Origin: Tubulanus polymorphus
Lineage: Eukaryota; Animalia; Nemertea
DNA length: 64,000 bases
NCBI RefSeq assembly: GCF_964204645.1
Contig: NW_027437458.1
Location: forward strand, 34,001 to 98,000
Direction of reading: 5' to 3'
The first letter of the stretch is position 1. Every line of letters starts with the position of its first letter. Positions 1-12,714 of the stretch are shown piece after piece. The position numbers and the translations under genes were made by a program. The notes below the pieces were generated by a model, which had not been told where the DNA came from, did no database searches, and was given only the letters and a program-made list of their open reading frames with translations.

Positions 1-897
1 TTCGTTCAATCGAACAGAATTGTTTTCATTCAAACATTCGTTCGAAAAAAATTGTTTTCGCTCAACCAAATTTTTTGCCGGGACAAAAAGTTCTTCATTT
101 CAACAATGACATAGCTTTTTATTCGAACACATTTTTTGTTAGAATGAAGAAAAGTTTTGGTTCAAAAGAAAAGCGTATTGTTCCATCAAACAGAATAGTT
201 TTCATTCGAACAAGATTTTCTTGTTGGAACAGTAAGTTTTTTGGTCGAATGGCGTGTTAAGGTGGTTTTGGAAATTTACACATGTAAAAATTCAATGCTA
301 TTTTGCGGCGGAAGAACTTTATATTGCCAAGATCTGACGCTTTGTTCGGTAGTTATGGGCTTTCAAAGATGAAACCCCCCTAAAATCTTTGTTATGTATT
401 ATTTGTGTTAGCCCGGTTTTGACATCCATCATGACGTCATAACATGAACAAGGTGGATCAGCTGGTGCGCGTTATTTCACAAACAGAATGGCGGCACGAT
501 TGAATAGGTTGATATTCATCATTTCTAGCGTGAATACTGATATTTAAGAGGTATGATATAACGATTTATTTTGTGCGATGTGTACGATGATTCATCTAGT
601 TTTGATATCCCGCGTGTAAGGTAATGTTGCATCAAGATATCTGACGAAAATGTGGTTACAAAATGCGGAAATTTACTTCTGTGTTCGCCACGCGGCTGAT
701 TAACTGATAGCATCGATGAGTCTGATATTTACATGACTGGAATACATGTTTTATCATCATTAATTGACGTATTTCTATTAACGTTCGCATTAGCAATCTG
801 TTTTGTGTCACCCTGATATAATTTGCGTATTTCATAATCATATAGATCTACAATGTCATATCGATCAGTTCATAACATTTCATAGCTCTACTACATA

Positions 898-906
898 TTA
901 ATAATG

Positions 907-963
<57 letters not shown>

Positions 964-990
964 GTAATAGTAATAATAATATAATATAAC
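898..990. repeat. (AAT)n microsatellite
   Basis: Long taataataa run with a few tag/tga variants; it explains the poly-Leu ORF 848..1042. Confidence 0.97.
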
Positions 991-1034
991 TTATGACTAT
1001 AGTGTCAATATGTGCTTTAAGGTCATAATCAACA

Positions 1035-1349
1035 TGTGACATTACTCAATATGTTTTCACAATAATTAGCTATAGTCAGTCCTCATCGATAATTAATTAA
1101 TGTCTCTCAAACGTGTCACTAGGTGTTTGTTTGTGAGTCCTGATGTCTACAACTTGTCTGACACCTAGTTCTCACATTATACTCATGATTCTGTATATAA
1201 AGACTATGTAAAGCTATGATAATCATTCTCATTCCGGGATGCAATAAAGATTGTACATATAAGGTTTAACTGCCTTGTTGTTCCTGATGGATGGAATCCT
1301 GTACCGCTGGTGTAAATGCTAGTTCCCCAGCCAGCCTGCCGATACAACA
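1035..1349 (+). mobile_element. possible solo LTR remnant
   Basis: Begins TGTGAC and ends ACAACA, with TATATAAA (~1194) followed by AATAAA (~1242). No clean TSD found. Confidence 0.3.
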
Positions 1350-2019
1350 ACCAGCCGGTTACATTTGGAGCCTGATTATTAGTATTAGTTTGTTAACTGC
1401 GGCACAGTGATGAGCGTTTGCGTTTGTAACAGTAGTGTACAATCGCGTAGACAATATCGCCTTATAGTCCTGCGTTCACTGCGTGTTTGTATCAACTATC
1501 AAGTAACAACAATTTGTCTGAGTGAAAATGTAAGCTACGTAAAACAATCCTATCGTGAAATAATTTAAAATCATGTCAGTCGATAAACTTTGTTTCGTCA
1601 GTAACCGGCACTGGCCTCAAATTTGAAGACCTTCTGTCCTGATTGGTCCGTATGATTATGAAAAACCTCCGATGAAACCCAGGCTTTCGCCAAGTTTGTA
1701 CCGTATCTTATCAGGTCACTCATAGTTTTAGTTGTTTTAATTTACGTCATTCCAATAAGCAAGTTCATATAATCATTCAGTAAACAGAGTTGAGATATAG
1801 AAAATGTGTCCCATCAGTCACATTTTAATAGAATTAGCAACAATTTCTTTTAAAATTGGCATTGTAGACAAAATTGAGGCTAGATTGACTGAAATTCCGG
1901 ATGTTGATAGAACTCCTTGTTCCTGTAGAATATGCCTGGAGTCAATAAGTCATTGTTATATATGAGGCACCACATTTTTACAACCTTATCCTTGATATCA
2001 ATGATGAAATGTATTTAAT

Positions 2020-2214
2020 GGTATTTTTGATCAGCCAATTATGATGCAATTGGCGGCCATCTTGTGTCATCGGTACTCATTCGTAAGTGGGAAAAAGTTT
2101 GGGGGCGTCGAATAGTAGAATAACTTAGTATTTCCTTATCATATTGGTACCTAGGCATATTTTGCTACCATGATCAATTACAAAGTTGCAGCTCATGACA
2201 TGTTCTATGAATGT
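2020..2214 (+). mobile_element. internal fragment of HINE family 1
   Basis: Matches the copies at 4502-5757 and 8204-9475 (cagccaattatga..gcggccatcttg..aaagttg[t/c]agctcatgacatgttctatga). Confidence 0.85.
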
Positions 2215-2479
2215 GCATTATTGGTTCCGGGCTGGACGGTATTTTGCGAAAAAATTGTTGAAAAGGGCACTTGACAAATTTAAGTGGTTGCATGTGCCGC
2301 AGGTGCGACCCCTTGTATCTGCCCCTGCTCTAATCCTACTGTTGTTGAGCAGCTCAACAATAGTAGGATTTTTTTTCTTAAATACTGCCATTTCATTATA
2401 GCCTCAACCAATTAGTAAGGTCTTGCGGTTTGGTAGATGTGATAAGTTGAAAATTGCCTACACATACATCGCACCAGTA

Positions 2480-2644
2480 ATGGAGTCAACTGATGTCCCA
2501 TCTACAAATGAAAGACTGGACCCTGTCAACAATGCAAGTGGACGAATTTTACAGATACCATTTATGATACCAACATCGTCAGGAGTCGCAACGATAAATT
2601 TATTGCAGGATATGACAAAATATCAGAGTCATGATAATAACACG
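2480..2644 (+). CDS. host gene, first visible coding exon (MESTDVPSTNER...SHDNNT); uncharacterised protein
   Basis: Acceptor tttcattatag at 2401 with the frame open from 2402; ATG at 2480; donor ACG|gtatgt, phase 0, matching the next exon. The true start could lie in an upstream exon. Confidence 0.65.
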
Positions 2645-2744
2645 GTATGTATGCTATTTCTGCATTGAAAATGGGCTATGTTTCCCCGTAGAGTGCCCAT
2701 TGAAACATGTTTTTAAAGGAACCCTGATTTAGGACACCATGTAA

Positions 2745-3280
2745 GCGGCGTCTGTAGCTCAGTGTGATAAGGCGTGATGCTGTTGCATCCACTTTTCAGG
2801 GATGAAAATCTTCCGACCATAGACGGATTTCCGACCTTTTCTAACATTTTCTTTATTCCTGAGAACAGAGTGAATCACCTCAATCGCAGGGGTCACATAG
2901 GAGCGCTCCGTAGTTAGGAGTGCTCCTTAAGCATTGGCATTTGTTAGCACAACTGTGGAGTCGGAGAAACCAATATGGCGTCTCTTTCAAAAAGCGGCTC
3001 TAATTCAGGCCCAAACTATTAACATTTTGACCAAAAAGAAGTAAGTTTTTTGGCTAAAAGTTACTGATTTTTGTTCCCAAAAAAAATTATTATTTTTTAA
3101 AAATATTTGCCGACTTTTTCAAAATTTCATTCCTGACTTTTAGTGCTACGTTACAAGTGGGTTTGAGTCCTGCTGGCTGCTTGAAATGTGCGGTCAACAC
3201 TTCAAAGCCCGTCCTGTCTTGAGGTTAAATGAACAACCCAATAGGGTTAGTCTCAGGAAACCAAGATCCAAACGACGTAA
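2745..3280 (+). mobile_element. tRNA-derived SINE interrupted by a MITE
   Basis: A-box-like tagctcagtgtg (~2754) and B-box-like ggtttgagtcc (~3160) are separated by the 2797-3135 insertion. Confidence 0.5.
2797..3135. mobile_element. hAT-like MITE with 6-bp TSD
   Basis: TIRs cagggatgaaa / tttcattcctg; ACTTTT on both flanks. Confidence 0.75.
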
Positions 3281-4501
3281 AGTTGTAGCTCATGACATCT
3301 TCTATGATTGTGGTGAGTTTTAAGGACATAAGTTATTCTATAGGGGAGGGTGACCTGATTTCGGCACAGTAAATTTTTACGGCAATTTTCTATCTGAATT
3401 ATATGCAATTCATGATAGATAATCACTTACTGGATGTCCATATCATTCAGAGACCATAACATCAGTTTAATGCCTAAATATTGTTACTCCCGGTCAAGCT
3501 TTTAAAAAGTTATGAGGATTCGACAAAATCGGGCGATCTTTTTAAATTTTTGACCTGAATTCGGCACTGTATTCCCTAAATTCGGCACCGCGTACCTGAC
3601 TTCGGCAGTGTGTTTAAAATTGATCTTCATACAGATTACAGGGCCTGTATCGGCTTTTCTTGGAAAAAGTAAGGCTCCGTAATCTGTATTATGTTTATGT
3701 GCATATTAATGAGGTGCCTTAAATTGAATTGAAAACTTATACATAATCAGATGAAACGGTGATGTTTCAGCGTATAATTTTCAATGTAAATTGGCACTTA
3801 GCCAGCCAGTCAGCTGTTCCGTACTGGTTTTCACTGTGTTAAAATTCTAACTTTGAAAGCTTCATCACAGTGTTGAATTGGTAATGTTCAGCATTTTGAA
3901 AGTAATGTGGGCCTGTAAGGCGAAGTTTCTTAGGGGAGGAATGGACTTCTGGAACGAAGACAACGCAGCAAGAGAACTGAAACTTAAGCTTGTATTGTAC
4001 AGCCTGTTAATTCATGGTAAGTAGTAGATGCTTTTGATCGACACTTGTACAACAAAATCAGAGAGTTTCCATCCAATCATGTCTATTGCGTCATTGAAAT
4101 TTGCTAAAAGTGAACAAATTTTATTCGTTCAATTCGTAACAATGATATATTTAATAACAATTTTTCAAATAAATTTTCTCAGCAGGCCTATTTCATTCAT
4201 AGAAACGAAAATTCAATTTTTTATTTAATAACAGAAAAAAATAACAAATCATAATAAAACTAATATTACTATACTAGGCCTAAATCATATCAGGTCATTG
4301 CACAGAAAATGTCATTGGTGTTTTCGTACTCTCTACATTCATATGAAAGCTGGCATCGTTGATTGATGACGCGGGGCGGAGACAGCACCATAATGAACCC
4401 TGATACCGGGTGATCTTCAACGTCTTCGGTCCATACAAATAAATTTCTTCGCTGGAGCTGTTCCAAAAACTTGATCTGCAGCGAAGAGCTCTCCGGCAAC
4501 A

Positions 4502-5757
4502 TTTTTAGCCCACTTGGGACTTTAGTCCCAGCGGGCTATTGCGTTCACTTTTCGTCCGTCGTTCGTCCGTCCGTCCGTAGACGGAATCCAGTTATTTTGG
4601 GAAATTTTGAAGACGCTTCAAGGTAACGTCTTGATATTTGGGTTACACATGTATTTACCCTAGACACATCTTCAGCCCAAAAACTGGCCCTGTCAGAATC
4701 AAGATGGGCGACTGGCAGCCATTGTCAAAATCAGCACTTTTTACACATTTTTGAACTTTTTGAGGGAAATTTTGAAGACGCTTTGATCAATTACCTTGAT
4801 CTTTCGGATATATGTGAATCCCCCCAGGGCCCATGAACATAACAAAAATTGGGTCGGTCGGACTCAAGATGGCCGTCCTATGACCTTTTTAGTTCCCAAA
4901 AATGTTAATTTTGGTCCGAATTCTGAGTCCTGTAGCTTCCTACTGGTTTGCCATTACAAATTGTGATGGGTATTCTTTGGAAAGGGATGTTTTATACCGG
5001 AGACAGGTATTTTTCATCAGCCAATTATGACGCAATTGGCGGCCATCTTGGTGTCACCAGTACTCATTCGTAAGTGGGAAAAAGTTTTTCCACATTATAT
5101 TGATACCTACGCGTATTTTGCTACCACAATCAATTAGAAAGTTGTAGCTCATATTGTGTTCCATGATTGTGGTGAGTTTCAAGGTAATTGGATTTCGTAT
5201 ATGGCCACCAGGGGGCGTTGAATAATACAATATCTTAGCATTTCTTTATTATATTCGTACCTATGCATATTTTGTAACCACAATCAATTGGAAAGTTGTA
5301 GCTCATGACATCATCTATGATTGTTGCGAGTTTTAAGGACATAAGTTTTTCTATATGGTCACCAGGCATCGTTGAATAGTAGAATAACTTAGTATTTCCT
5401 TATTATATTGGTACCTAGGCATATTTTGTTACCATGATCAATTGCAAAGTTGTAGTTCATGACATGTTCTATGATTGTGGTGAGTTTCGAAGTCATTGGG
5501 TTTTGAATATGGTCACCAGAGGGCGTTGAATAGTAGAATGCCTTAGTGTTTCCATATTAAATTGGTAACGAGGCATATTTTGTTATCACAATCAATTACA
5601 AAATCGTAGCTGTTGACATGTTCTATGATTGTGGTGAGTTTCAAGGTCATTGGTTTTTGTAAATGGTCACTAGGGGGCATTAAATGTTGAAATTGTTAGA
5701 TTGTTGAGCATTTGAAACCTCTTCCCAAGTGGGCATGGTGTCCCTGGACCCCTAGTT
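4502..5757 (+). mobile_element. HINE (Helentron-associated, DINE-1-like) family 1, full copy
   Basis: T-run start, subTIRs gcccacttggg / cccaagtgggc, (GTCC)n tract, about 4 x 154-bp internal tandem units, 3' hairpin gtccctggac and CTAGTT end, no TSD. Confidence 0.88.
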
Positions 5758-8203
5758 TCGACCTGAAATGAACATTGCAGTCTAGTGTTACAGGATCAGC
5801 AAATCCTCTGTCAAGGCCCATCCATTCTTGTACTTACTATTCCAAAATAGAGGTGATTTTTTCCTCATTCGCTCTTTTGAGCAATTGCAACATAAGAATC
5901 AGCTCTGAAGATGTAAATTCAATAATAAGAATTATTTTGGGACTTCACTTTAATCCTTCCAAGAACAATAACCCGGTACCGTTGAATCACAATCACGGTC
6001 TACTCGATCAAGGCTTCAGAACCATAGAATGTTATTTGGATTTTCTTAACTAATCATCTGTTTTGATCGTTTATTTACAGAGTACCTAGTTTGCAAAGGT
6101 TACCTTAGTTCCTGGTGTGTATCCTCTAACGATGGTATAGGGCTGCTTTTTTCAGCTGGGTCATCCGTCGATGTACTTGCCTTGTTGTGCTGGTGAGGAA
6201 GTAAGAACACTTAATTAAACATGAGAAAAATACAAAAAATCTTTAGAAATAAAGAAGTTTGACGTACATCAAGTCTACTCTCCATTACTTCGATTGCTGG
6301 GCATGTCTTTTGTTTTTTGCAGGTGAAGTTTTCTGTAATGATGGAAGAAATATGCATGGTAAGTGCTGGGTAACAATCATTAGGATACATCATAGCAATT
6401 TAACTTACCTTGGTGATGGTTTTTAATTTCTTATTTCGAGGTTCTTGTGACTTCTTCTCTTCTCGTAAACACTTTTCAACGTATGCTTCATCCGATGTTA
6501 TAACGAAATAATTTGCAGTCGGCCTACAGGGTTTGGGTTGACAGGGTTTACGTGCTTCAGCTTGAGGGTATTTTAGAATATCGCTTAGTTTACTTGATCT
6601 TGAAGAGGTGTTATCAAATGGAAAGTAGGCCTAGTCACTTTGCTACAAAATAAAGATTTCACGGTCAGGACGGATGGATTTATTTTATTAAATCTATTCA
6701 CTTGTCACTCACCAATGATTTTTCTTTTAACCGCTTCCATGTCATATATAACGCATCACTTTTTAAATCGAACCCCTCTTGATATCTTTTGTCATACTAG
6801 GCCAGTTGTTGTTTTGTGAGAGTGCTCTCAATCACAGAAAGTGCTCTATCAGCTGGACAGGCTTTAGTGATACTCACTCCGGTTGCAAGATCCTGTAAAA
6901 CGATTTTGAATATATTCAAGGCCTATGAAATATCTTTATCTTTTGATATGATATTATTTCTCATCTCAGTCTTACATCAGTCATATCAGTCTGGTTATCG
7001 TTAATTTGTCCTACTACCTGGTTAATTTCAGTTTCTCCCACTATACTGTTGCATGAATTCATCTGAAAATGAAAATATTTTATTGCAACCAAACGTGAGG
7101 ACGGTAACATTTCTACATTCATGATTTTACCTCCTTGTTGATGTTTTCAGGTTGATGGAATTCGGGCATTCGGGCAGTCTAAAAACAAAATATGTAAGTA
7201 GTAATTGAAGGTTTTGGTTAGTTGTTGATTATCTGTCCCTACCAGTATTATAATTACCTCCATGATCAATGATTTCAGTTCATCAACTGTTGCTGAATGA
7301 ACATACGCATCAGTGGGAATTGCCAGGGGATTATATGGGTATAATCCAGTGGCCCTGAAACCGCTGACGACATTTCCCGGTGTCACTCCAGCCTCCCATG
7401 CTTGACGGAAAAGTCCAAAAAAATTCCTTTCCCAACTATGACTCCAGGATTATCTGCCATGAGTGTTGAGCAAGTGGAGTTCCAGGCCTTTTTTAGTGGC
7501 CCAAAAATAGTTCTGCAAATATTTTAATGGATAGAATTATATGCCATAATAATAAAACAAAGACAATAATTATACGGATAATTCATAACAAATGGTTTGT
7601 CACCTATCTAAAGGCTGGAGCCAATTGCTTGTGTGCGACGGAAGTTCGACGATCACTATTCTATTTTCTCTGGCTTTCTCTATTAGCTCAACAAAATTGT
7701 GACTATTGTGACCATCAACGATAAGAAGTTGTGGCCGTTCACTCCCAATAGCTTTAAGGAATGTTTCCTCAAACCAAAGTAGACCAATAACCTGTAAGAA
7801 AAAGTTACCGGGTATATTGATTGAAGTTTTTGTGCAGTAATTACCTATTCTTGGCATCACTCATGATCTCGACATTTCTCTTTTCAGGGGTATACCGGTA
7901 CATGAAAATATACACCTACTTGTTTCGTCCAACCACTGTCACTTGCACTGATGTTCCAATTCTTCGGCGCCCTCTCAACATCAAAAGTGACAGCCAGCCG
8001 GGTTTTTCCTTTCACCACAAAATGTGGGTTCAGGATTTGCCCGACTGCTGACGCGCAGCCAATCACTGTAACGAGCTCCTTATTTCCGCTCGATCTAGCA
8101 GGTACTGTCTTTACTCCACGCCTGAAATTAATAATCTTCAATTTGCATGAAATATATCAAAACTGAATGGCCTTAACCTTCATTTCATTTGATATCATGC
8201 TGA

Positions 8204-9475
8204 TTTTTAGCCCACTTGGGACTTTAGTCCCAGCGGGCTATTGCGTTCACTTTTCGTGCGTCGTCCGTCCGTTCATCCGTCCGTAGACGGAATCCAGTTA
8301 TTTTGGGAAGTTTTGAAGACGCTTCATGGTAACGTCTTGATATTTGGGTTACACGTGTATCTACCCTAGACACATCTTCAGCCCAAAAACTGGCCCTGTC
8401 AGAATCAAGATGGCTGACTGGCAGCCATTGTTGTTCGCCAAAATCAGCACTTTTTACACATTTTTGAACTTTTTGAGGGAAATTTTAAAGACGCTTCGAT
8501 CAACTACCTTGATCTTTCGGATATATATGAATCCCCCCAGGGCCCATCAACGAAACAAAAATTGGGTCGGTCGGACTCAAGATGGCCATCCTATGACCTT
8601 TTTAGTGCCCAAAAATGTTAATTTTTGCCCCGAATTCTGAGCCCTGTAGCTTCCTACTGGTTTACCATTTCTCATTGCAATTTGTGATGGGTATTCTTTG
8701 GAAAGGGATGTTTTATACCTGAGACAGGTATTTTTCATCAGCCAATTATGACGCAATTGGCGGCCATCTTGGTGTCACCAGTACTCGTTCGTGAGTGGGA
8801 AAAAGTTTTTCCACATTATATTGATGCCTAAGCGTATTTTGCTACCACAATCAATTAGAAAGTTGTAGCTCATAACGTGTTCTATGATTGTGGTGAGTTT
8901 CAAGGTAATTGGATTTTGTATATGGCCACCAGGGGCGTTGAATAATACAATATCTTAGCATTTCTTTATTATATTCGTACCTATGCATTTTTTGTAACCA
9001 CAATCAATTGGAAAGTTGTAGCTCATGACATCATCTATGATTGTTGTTAGTTTGAAGGACATTAGTTTTTCTATATGGTCACCAGGGGGCGTTGAATAGT
9101 AGAATAACTTAGTGTTTCCTATTATATTGGTACCTAGGCATATTTTGTTACCATGATCAATTGCAAAGTTGTAGTTCATGACATGTTCTATGATTGTGGT
9201 GAGTTTCGAGGTCATTGGGTTTTGAATATGGTCACCAGGGGGCGTTGAATAGTAGAATAACTTAGTATTTCCATATTAAATTGGTAACGAGGCATATTTT
9301 GTTATCACAATCAATCGTAAATCGTAGCTGCTGACATGTTCTATGATTTTGGTGAGTTTCAAGGTCGTTGGTTTTTGTAAATGGTCACCAGGGGGCGTTG
9401 AATATTGAAATTGTTAGATTGTTGAGCATTTGAAACCATTTCCCAAGTGGGCATGGTGTCCCTGGACCCCTAGTT
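8204..9475 (+). mobile_element. HINE family 1, full copy in transposase intron 1
   Basis: Near-identical to 4502-5757 over its full length, with the same termini. Confidence 0.9.
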
Positions 9476-11051
9476 TACTATGACTTATGACTGAATTAAT
9501 ATTATTACCTTGCAACAACTTGCGGTGGAGAAAAATCCATTTGGAACCCGGACTCATCCATATTCCAAATATGGCGCGGCTGAAAATCATATCCGTCGAT
9601 GACACCGCGATATGAATGAAAAAACTTCATAACTCGAACAGGTTGCATGCCTGCCATTCTTACACTAGCAGTTGACTCCGGAGTCCTCAATGTTAAGTCT
9701 TGGTGGCGTTTCTGGAAACCTCTCCACCATTTCTCCGAAGGATTACCACCTAAAAATGGCTTTCCTTTTTTATCTGCAATTTTTCCAGCGTACCTTAACA
9801 ATGTTTGTTTATTGAACCCCATTCCCATCTGTGACCTTTTGCAGGCAAAGTCCACTAGCTCCCTCTCCTCTTCATGATTGAGTATCGTTTGTCCTCCTTT
9901 TTTTGCCCCCATTTCGATTCTTCCTTTGATTATATCTTGTAGTGTAGACCGAGGTACACCGAATTGTTTGGCAGCTGTCTTGATAGGCATACCACCATTT
10001 ATAGCATCGATAGCATTTGCTTTCTGATCGACAGAATACTGAAGATACCGTTTCATCTGAAATTTGTTTCATTTAATTAGATGAAATGAAAATTTATTCA
10101 AAACTTTTGTCATTTATAATTGTCATGTCATTTTAGTTGCAATAAACATTCCATTAGAAAAATAAAGTTTGATCTCAATAGATAAATACTTCCATTCCTT
10201 GCAAAAATTGTCACTTTATATAGCTTCAAATAATATTGATGGAGGCCTTTGAAATTAAAATGCACATTTCAATAAATAAAATTATATTGATGATTAACGA
10301 ATTTTTAAACATTTAAAAAAATATTTTCTCATAATTGGATCAATAAAGTACGAATTGAATTGAATTTATTCATCGTTTCATTAAAAAAAGTTTTCAACTT
10401 TGATGTTGTATGTCTTAAGTTGTATATCGTTAGTTTATGCTGTCTGCTTGATTTGAGGATAAAGGATTGGATATATAGTCATTTTAGATTGTATTGATGC
10501 GTGGTAAGTGATAAATTTATTGAATTTAGTATGCCACCAGTATGGAAGTAAGATAGGAACATCATTTACCCAGTCAGTGTACCTGAATTCGGCATGCCGA
10601 ATTCAGGTTCTAGTTGCCGTATATTTTTGAAACCGAGTGCCGAATTCGTGTGCAAGTAGTAAAACGTATATTTTTGGCAGCTAATCAATCATTTAAGCGT
10701 AGAGTCGATAATTAAAGCTATTTTTTATCACTTAAGATTGTACTATGTACCCTCAATTTATATTTACGATCGTAGATGACGCCAAAAATAATACAAAACT
10801 AGGTCAAATCATAGTAAAAACGGCGACGGGTCAGCAGCTAGCAGAAGCGATTTCTTCGTCGTCATAAAAGGCACGATTAACATAAACTCCTCCCCCTAAC
10901 CAATCAAATTTCTTTAACATTCAGGTGTCAGGAATATGGCTTTTGACCTCAACCATTGATATACGATTTGCCATATTAGGTATCTCGTCAATTGACGTGT
11001 TTATAACTGTGCCGAATTCGGGTACGATGCCGAATTTAGGTCACCCTTCCC

Positions 11052-11299
11052 TATGGTCACCAGGGGGCGCTGTATAGTAGAATAACTTTGTATTTCCATA
11101 TTAAATTGGTAACGAGGCATATTTTGTTATCACAATCAATTGAAAAATGGTACCTGCTGACAAATTTATGATTGTGGTGAGTTTCAAGGTCATTGGTTTT
11201 TGTAAATGGTCACCAGGGGCGCTGAATATTGAAATTGTTAGATAATTGAGAATCTGAAACCACTCCCCAAGTGGGCATGGTGCTCCTGGACCCCTAGTT
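11052..11299 (+). mobile_element. HINE family 1, 3' part (continuation of 3278-3342, split by the pogo element)
   Basis: One 154-bp unit plus the cccaagtgggc...ggacccctagttt end; continuous with 3278-3342 across the TA TSD. Confidence 0.88.
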
Positions 11300-11403
11300 T
11301 GATCCCCACTTCGCCTTAAAAATGAAAAAAACGCAAAAAAGCAAAAGGTTGGGTATAGAGCCATTCTTATTCTTTTCTTATTTTCTTGGTGACACTTTTT
11401 CAG

Positions 11404-11482
11404 CTGATGAATAGTATGTACAATCGGAGTAGAGCACCTGATGATCTACAGTTTTTGACTCACTATACTGATAACTCTACAG
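11404..11482 (+). CDS. host gene exon 2 (LMNSMYNRSRAPDDLQFLTHYTDNST)
   Basis: ctttttcag| acceptor after a pyrimidine tract; CAG|gtatgt donor; 79 nt, phase 0 to 1, open frame. Confidence 0.7.
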
Positions 11483-12714
11483 GTATGTAAGACCAATGTA
11501 ACTCTTGTTCTAAATGCTTGAAAGTACAAAGTGTCTTTCACTCAGAGGATGAAAACAATGTGTTAGTGAAGCATGCATAAAGGGGTTTGAAGTCAGGTTG
11601 CCAGAGATGAAGTTGAAGTAGGTCAGTCTCAGTCAAAATTCTTTTTCACAGTTTTTGGTTAACCTATGCTGTCACTTGTGTGAGTGCGTCCGCTTTTTTG
11701 TGGCACAAATTTTTATGCCAATAGTGGTGTCAATTTGAATGAGTGTAAATGGTTCATGACATGAATGCCAAGCCACATATCAAAGAACCGGGATAGTAAC
11801 CATCTATTTCTAAGAGATTTCTGCCAAAAATGATATTTTTGATGGCTGATTTTCCAATCTTCGGTTTTAAGGCATAAACATCTGATGACCTACATTTATG
11901 TTTCGAAGGAGGTTCGTCATTTACTTTTTTTTCAACCATTGAAATCTTATTGTGGTCATAGAAATTACAATATAGAATGGACGACCACAAATCGTCCAGG
12001 GACATTATATGTGGTATCGAAAATGAGAAGAAAAACAAAACGATATTGCGTAAATATTGCGGTTATATGGCATATTAGCTACGTAATTGTTGAAAGTACA
12101 TTCTACAGGTCTAATAGTTTTCAGAATCTGGCGGTGTTTTCACATCGCATAAGTCTTTAAAAAGTAGGTGGCAATAAAGAATAAACAAATATACTTAAAG
12201 GCCGAGGAACAGTATAAAAGCCCAATCAATGTCAAAGATGGCAGTACCCATGAAGCCATAGTGCAGTGGAGAGCTCCAACGGTTTGAAACTGGAATTCTC
12301 CTATTTTCTCTGTCAGTTATTCGATTTGGATCCTCCTTTTTGTCAGACATATGTATTAATGTGTAATATATTCATTTCTGCAGTCAAAAATGTGTTTTTG
12401 GCCCTCCTCTTCGAGAAATAAAGCTTTTTAGTTGGCATTTCCTTCAAAATTTGTTTCACAGGTCTATGTGTACACATACAAGCTATTTGGCAAAATATTA
12501 TTGACAAAGATGTAGAATGACTTCCTATGATTATGCAATGAGCTCTATTTGAACGTCAAAATATTATATTGCATTGAATATCATTAGAAGACATATTGTA
12601 ATAGCAATGGATGTATGATTATATCAGAAGCGGCAGGCATAAAATAGAAATGATAAGTACATCGGATTATTCGGTCAAAATGGCGGATGTATACACGATT
12701 TGGAAGTCTGATAT

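Larger units (their letters stand above)
4290..10056 (-). pseudogene. spliced pogo-type transposase (HTH_psq, CENP-B-type HTH, DDE_1, C-terminal extension), disabled
   Basis: Motifs [47 protein letters not shown] and [13 protein letters not shown] (35 aa between D2 and D3) join across GT-AG introns. Frameshift ~7428, in-frame stops ~6798 and ~5865, HINE insertion in the last exon. Confidence 0.88.
3343..11051 (-). mobile_element. pogo-type (Tc1/mariner-related, DD35D) DNA transposon
   Basis: TIRs ggggagggtgacctgatttcggca / tgccgaatttaggtcacccttccc, TA TSD and subterminal aattcggca repeats. Removing it restores the HINE sequence ttctata|tggtcacc. Confidence 0.93.

Noticed and set aside
1-260. 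ttcg/cgaa-rich segment and 61-aa ORF
   Set aside because: Probably the end of a repeat cut by the window edge; it cannot be classified.
848-1042. poly-Leu membrane protein ORF
   Set aside because: Translation of the (AAT)n microsatellite.
1400-1535. 5' UTR exon ending AAT|gtaagc
   Set aside because: A plausible donor but no independent support; not called.
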